Shown in pieces: positions 60,389 to 64,000 of a DNA stretch of 64,000 nucleotides. The notes beneath the pieces were generated by a model, which searched no databases, had not been told where the DNA came from, and saw nothing but the letters and a program-made list of their open reading frames with translations. The position numbers and the translations under genes were made by a program. Numbering within the stretch: position 1 is the first letter of the stretch; each line of letters starts with the position of its first letter. The DNA is taken from assembly GCA_963718615.1 (NCBI GenBank), contig OY970368.1:5728001-5792000 (forward strand), given 5' to 3'. Origin of the DNA: an uncultured cyanobacterium (GTDB taxonomy: Bacteria; Cyanobacteriota; Cyanobacteriia; PCC-9006; JAAUQQ01).

Positions 60389-62011
60389 TTAAAGAGGGGA
60401 GACCACCGGAGCCCGAATCCGATACCAGGTGCCGCGATCGCCCTGCCGCAGGGTTTCGTATTGCTGAAAAATCCACGTCTGGAGCGCAGGACTTCGCTGG
60501 GCGATCACCGCAGCTCGATGGGTTTCAATCCAGAGGTAGGGTGGCTGAGCTTGTGCCAGTTCCGCCTGAAGCTGAACCCACTGCTCCGGCAACAAAAATT
60601 CCATCGCCCATCCGTGTAGAGAGGTCGCCTGGGTGCGTCCGGCACGGTAATAGAACAGGGGATTTCCCGCGACAAAAATTTCCCCCGGTAGGGCTGCGGG
60701 CGATCGCAAAAACGCTACCTCCCGATCCACCTCGCCATAGGTCCACTGCATGGGTGGGGCCGGCGCGAGTGCCGTCAATTGGACAGCGGCCCAGGTATTT
60801 TGCAGCGTTTGCTGAGTTTTGTGGGCGATCGCCATCAGCGGCGACCCAAAGACGAAAATTCCCACCAGTCCCCAACCCAAAATGATCCGTTTCCCCGTAG
60901 GGACGAACCGCCGTTCGTCCAGTCCCGCCCATTGCCATTGCCATTGCCCTTGACCTTGGGCAAATGCCATCACGGCCACAATTCCCCGAGCCGCCAAAAG
61001 TCCTAGGGGCACTAACAGCAGCAAAAAGTAGTACTGCCACCAAGCCTGCTTTTGCAGCAAGACCACGGCAAATCCCGAGGCGACCCACAGGATAAGGTTG
61101 ATGCCCAGCAACGTCGGTTGCCGCAGTTGGGCGATCGCCCCCACCAACCCCAACCCCAAAACCGGCGCAAACTGCTGGACAAACCAAAGCAAACTCCCCC
61201 GCAACTGCGAGATTGGAGCCCCCGGCAGCTCAGCCACAATCCGAGGGGGATAGACCCAAAAGGTTTGATAGAGCAAATCCAGACCCTGGAGCTGGGAGCC
61301 CAGGTAAAGCCCCGTGAGCACCAGCGGCAGACCAAACCCCAAGCTGAACCAGGTGGTGTGGGTCAGCCCTGCGATGAAAGGACGCCGTCGAACTAGGCTG
61401 GCGATCGCCAAACTCACCAGCCCCATGGGCAGCAAAATCAACACCAGCAGCGACTTAAATAGAACAATGACACCGCCGAGAAGTCCCGCCGCGAAAAATC
61501 GCCAACGTTGCCATCGCCCTTTGCCCTGCGCGGCCTGGGTCAGGAGCCAAAGCACTAGAAAAATGGGAGCCCCGACAAAAGCTTCAAGCTGCGTCAGATG
61601 CCAGGGGGTGGCAATGGCGTAATACATCCCCACGGTCAACAGCGGTGTGAACGCCGCAACACCCCCCAGCCAATCCCGCAGACTGACCTGCAAAAAACGC
61701 GAGAACCCCAGGAGCAGCAATAGCTCAGCCGTATGAATCCCAACCTCATTCAGGCCAAACAGCCGCCCCGCCAGGGCATAAAACCAAAAAATCCCCGGCT
61801 GCTTAATGTCCCAAAAATCGCGATACAAGACTGCGCCCTGGTTGATTTCCTGGGCACCCAGCGTAAAAAAGGCTTGGTCGCCGTCAAAGGGATAGCCTAG
61901 GTGCAATAGTCCGAGGAGGGCGATCGCCCCCAGGACAAACGCTTCAAGTTTTCGATTGCGATTGGGACCGCTAATTCCCTGCCTCTGCCCCGGCCCTTGT
62001 CCCTGAATCAT
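60389..62011 (-). CDS. GT-C-like integral membrane glycosyltransferase
   Basis: DGDQ and LYRDFWDIKQPG first loop with many TM helices; ATGA overlap with the upstream gene. Confidence 0.78.
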   Translation of the reverse strand: MIQGQGPGQRQGISGPNRNRKLEAFVLGAIALLGLLHLGYPFDGDQAFFTLGAQEINQGAVLYRDFWDIKQPGIFWFYALAGRLFGLNEVGIHTAELLLLLGFSRFLQVSLRDWLGGVAAFTPLLTVGMYYAIATPWHLTQLEAFVGAPIFLVLWLLTQAAQGKGRWQRWRFFAAGLLGGVIVLFKSLLVLILLPMGLVSLAIASLVRRRPFIAGLTHTTWFSLGFGLPLVLTGLYLGSQLQGLDLLYQTFWVYPPRIVAELPGAPISQLRGSLLWFVQQFAPVLGLGLVGAIAQLRQPTLLGINLILWVASGFAVVLLQKQAWWQYYFLLLLVPLGLLAARGIVAVMAFAQGQGQWQWQWAGLDERRFVPTGKRIILGWGLVGIFVFGSPLMAIAHKTQQTLQNTWAAVQLTALAPAPPMQWTYGEVDREVAFLRSPAALPGEIFVAGNPLFYYRAGRTQATSLHGWAMEFLLPEQWVQLQAELAQAQPPYLWIETHRAAVIAQRSPALQTWIFQQYETLRQGDRGTWYRIRAPVVSPL

Positions 62012-63264
62012 GGTTGACTCCGCTCCGTCACCCGCCAGCCGAGTTTGAAATTGATCCAAAAATTCCAGGCTGTGACCAAGGCGATCGCTCCCAGATTGGC
62101 CAGATAGCGATTCACGCCCAGCCCTTGGCTCAGCCCCTGCAAAATCAGCAGGTTTAAGCCCAGGCCGACGAGACAAATGAGATTAAACTTCACAAAGCGT
62201 TTGAGCCGCTGTTTCCCCCTTCGTTGGTCCCGCGCCAAATCCTGAAATGTCCAGCAATCATTCCAGACAAAATTATTGACCATGGCGATTTCGGCGGCGA
62301 TCGCCTTACTGGGCAGCAGCCACCAGCCCAAACTACTGGGATCGCTCAGCAAATACAGGATCACCATATCCACGCCAACGCCGCTCAGCCCCACCAGGGC
62401 AAACCGCATAAAGCGCCCGACGGTCGTCGGCAAATTTCGGCTTTGGCGTTCTAGGCGATCGAGATAGCGTCGATAGCGATTGAGCTGCCAGAGATGCCCT
62501 AAATAATCCCAATAGGCCTGACCCGTGACTTTGCTCTCTCCCCATTGGCGGGTTTGGAAGACATAGGGAACTTCGGCAATCCGCAAAATGCCTCCCCGTC
62601 CCAGCACCTCCAGCAAAATTTTGTAGCCCGAGGGATTGAGCAACCGTTCGGCGATCGCCTGCCGCCGCACCAAAAAATAACCGCTCATGGGATCCGAAAC
62701 CCGACCCACAATCTGAGGGGCAATTAGCAAACCCAGCATTTGCGCCCCTCGGGACAAAACGCGGCGGTCCCAGCTCCAGTTGCGCATCCCGCCCCCGTTG
62801 AGGTGACGGCTGGCGATCGCCACATCAGCCCCCTCTTCTAGGGCTAAAAGCAGAGACTGCAAGGTTTCCGGCGGATGCTGCAAATCCCCATCCATAACGC
62901 CTAGCCGATCGCCACGGGCCACTTGCCAGCCTCGCAACACCGCCGTTGAAAGTCCCCGTTCCCGCTGACGTCGCATGACCCGCACGGCTGGATAGCGCTG
63001 GCTCAGGTCCAGCGCCAGTTGCCAGGTTTGGTCGGGGCTATTGTCATCAACAATGATGATTTCGTACTGAAGCGCCAGAGAAAGCGAGGTTTCCAGCAGC
63101 GCACAGAGGCGCGGAATCAGCAAGGATAAATTTTGTCGCTCGTTGTAGGTGGGGATAATTAAGGACAGCCGAATCGGTCCCTGCCCTGGAAAGGCCCGGT
63201 GATCAGCAATCCAAAAGGCCCCCGTGGGTTCTGGTAAAAGTGCGGTGGAGCGAGTAATCAGCAT
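62008..63264 (-). CDS. Polyprenol-phosphate glycosyltransferase (DPM1/GtrB-like) fused to GtrA
   Basis: IIPTYNE, VDDNSPD, MDGDLQHPP and SDPMSGYF; C-terminal RFALVG...NNFVWNDCWTF GtrA domain. Confidence 0.9.
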   Translation of the reverse strand: MLITRSTALLPEPTGAFWIADHRAFPGQGPIRLSLIIPTYNERQNLSLLIPRLCALLETSLSLALQYEIIIVDDNSPDQTWQLALDLSQRYPAVRVMRRQRERGLSTAVLRGWQVARGDRLGVMDGDLQHPPETLQSLLLALEEGADVAIASRHLNGGGMRNWSWDRRVLSRGAQMLGLLIAPQIVGRVSDPMSGYFLVRRQAIAERLLNPSGYKILLEVLGRGGILRIAEVPYVFQTRQWGESKVTGQAYWDYLGHLWQLNRYRRYLDRLERQSRNLPTTVGRFMRFALVGLSGVGVDMVILYLLSDPSSLGWWLLPSKAIAAEIAMVNNFVWNDCWTFQDLARDQRRGKQRLKRFVKFNLICLVGLGLNLLILQGLSQGLGVNRYLANLGAIALVTAWNFWINFKLGWRVTERSQP

Positions 63265-63362
63265 GACAAATCTCGGCGGTCAAAGATTCAGGAACAGAGC
63301 CAAGAAGTCGGGGGCAAGCAAGAAACCCTGCAATTCGGCAACACCACGAGGGCAAGTGTGGG

Positions 63363-64000
63363 TTAGAGACGTTTCTGGTAAATGGCCCAGAATAAATCCT
63401 CAGCGGGATAAGGGATTTCGAGATTGTCGGGAATCAGCTTCAGCAACTGAGCGGGCAAAATTCCCCACCAGTGGGTTTTGAGCTTGTACCCCAGCAGTGA
63501 CTTGGCATGGGCTCCATTGAGCGCCTTCGCCGGACGGCCCTGGGCCAGGGGCTCAAAGCCAAACTGCCGCGCATAGCGACCCAAATCCTCCGGAGCAAAC
63601 CAGCGCAGAACGCTGGGGGGACTATACTCGTGCCAATGGGAGCCCAGAATGCGAGCGGTCCAACTGTTCCGATTCCAGCTTTCGATTAGCCAATATCCGC
63701 CGGGCTTGGTGGCTTCGCTGGCAATTTGGAAGGCTTGCTGGATGTCGTAGAAATGGCCGACCACCTGGATCATACTGACGAGGTCAAACTGGCAATCGCT
63801 ACTCAAATGTTCCAGCGGTCCCGTTTGGATAGGGAGGTTGAGCTGCGATCGCCCATACTCTGCCATCCGGCCATTGGGCTCAATGCCTTGGCCTTTCCAG
63901 CCCGATTCCACAAAACCTTGCAGAATGAATCCCGCTGCTGCCCCTACATCCAGCATCACTCCCGGTTCAACGCCATGGCGTTGGAGGATTTGGGCGTAGC
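63363..64000 (-). CDS. Class I SAM-dependent methyltransferase (5' end outside window)
   Basis: LDVGAAAG, GIEPN, FDLVS and KPGG; frame is open to the window edge. Confidence 0.85.
   Translation of the reverse strand, partial: YAQILQRHGVEPGVMLDVGAAAGFILQGFVESGWKGQGIEPNGRMAEYGRSQLNLPIQTGPLEHLSSDCQFDLVSMIQVVGHFYDIQQAFQIASEATKPGGYWLIESWNRNSWTARILGSHWHEYSPPSVLRWFAPEDLGRYARQFGFEPLAQGRPAKALNGAHAKSLLGYKLKTHWWGILPAQLLKLIPDNLEIPYPAEDLFWAIYQKRL

Noticed and set aside
54640-64000. attR copy of the tRNA-Pro 3' end or a prophage
   Set aside because: No duplicate tRNA end, integrase or phage structural genes were found in the window.

Overview
This is a cyanobacterial chromosome segment, judged from abundant HIP1 GCGATCGC octamers and cyanobacterial-type rpoZ, dnaK-dnaJ, HPT, PatA-like and DUF1818 genes. 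Most of it is housekeeping: htrA-like, folK-Nudix, HPT, lipA, recR, dnaK/dnaJ, 2-Cys Prx, nlpD-like, trmL, cobU, pilT-like, GH57, moaD, alaS, aroA, parA-like and rpoZ, plus tRNA-Ser(GGA), tRNA-Met(CAT) and tRNA-Pro(GGG). There are three accessory zones. (i) 1-10400 holds two tandem mosaic filamentous-haemagglutinin-like genes, an FAD/Rieske oxidoreductase and an AT-rich ABC-ATPase + TOPRIM-like pair. (ii) About 54700-58190 is a decayed island behind tRNA-Pro. It contains a NACHT fragment fused to a TnpB remnant, a dead PIN-type TA pair and a Uma2 stub. These surround an intact two-gene operon: a J-domain protein and a protein with tandem ORF6N-like domains and an HNH nuclease. That operon is the best candidate for an undescribed system. 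(iii) 58199-64000 is a lipid-linked glycosylation cluster. Other signals are an in-frame FolK-Nudix fusion, three related hydrophobic microproteins (one absent from the ORF track, one present only as the tail of a longer ORF), an RGG/Tyr repeat tail on DnaK, and many locus-specific tandem duplications at gene ends. All family assignments come from motif recognition by eye; no database searches were run.
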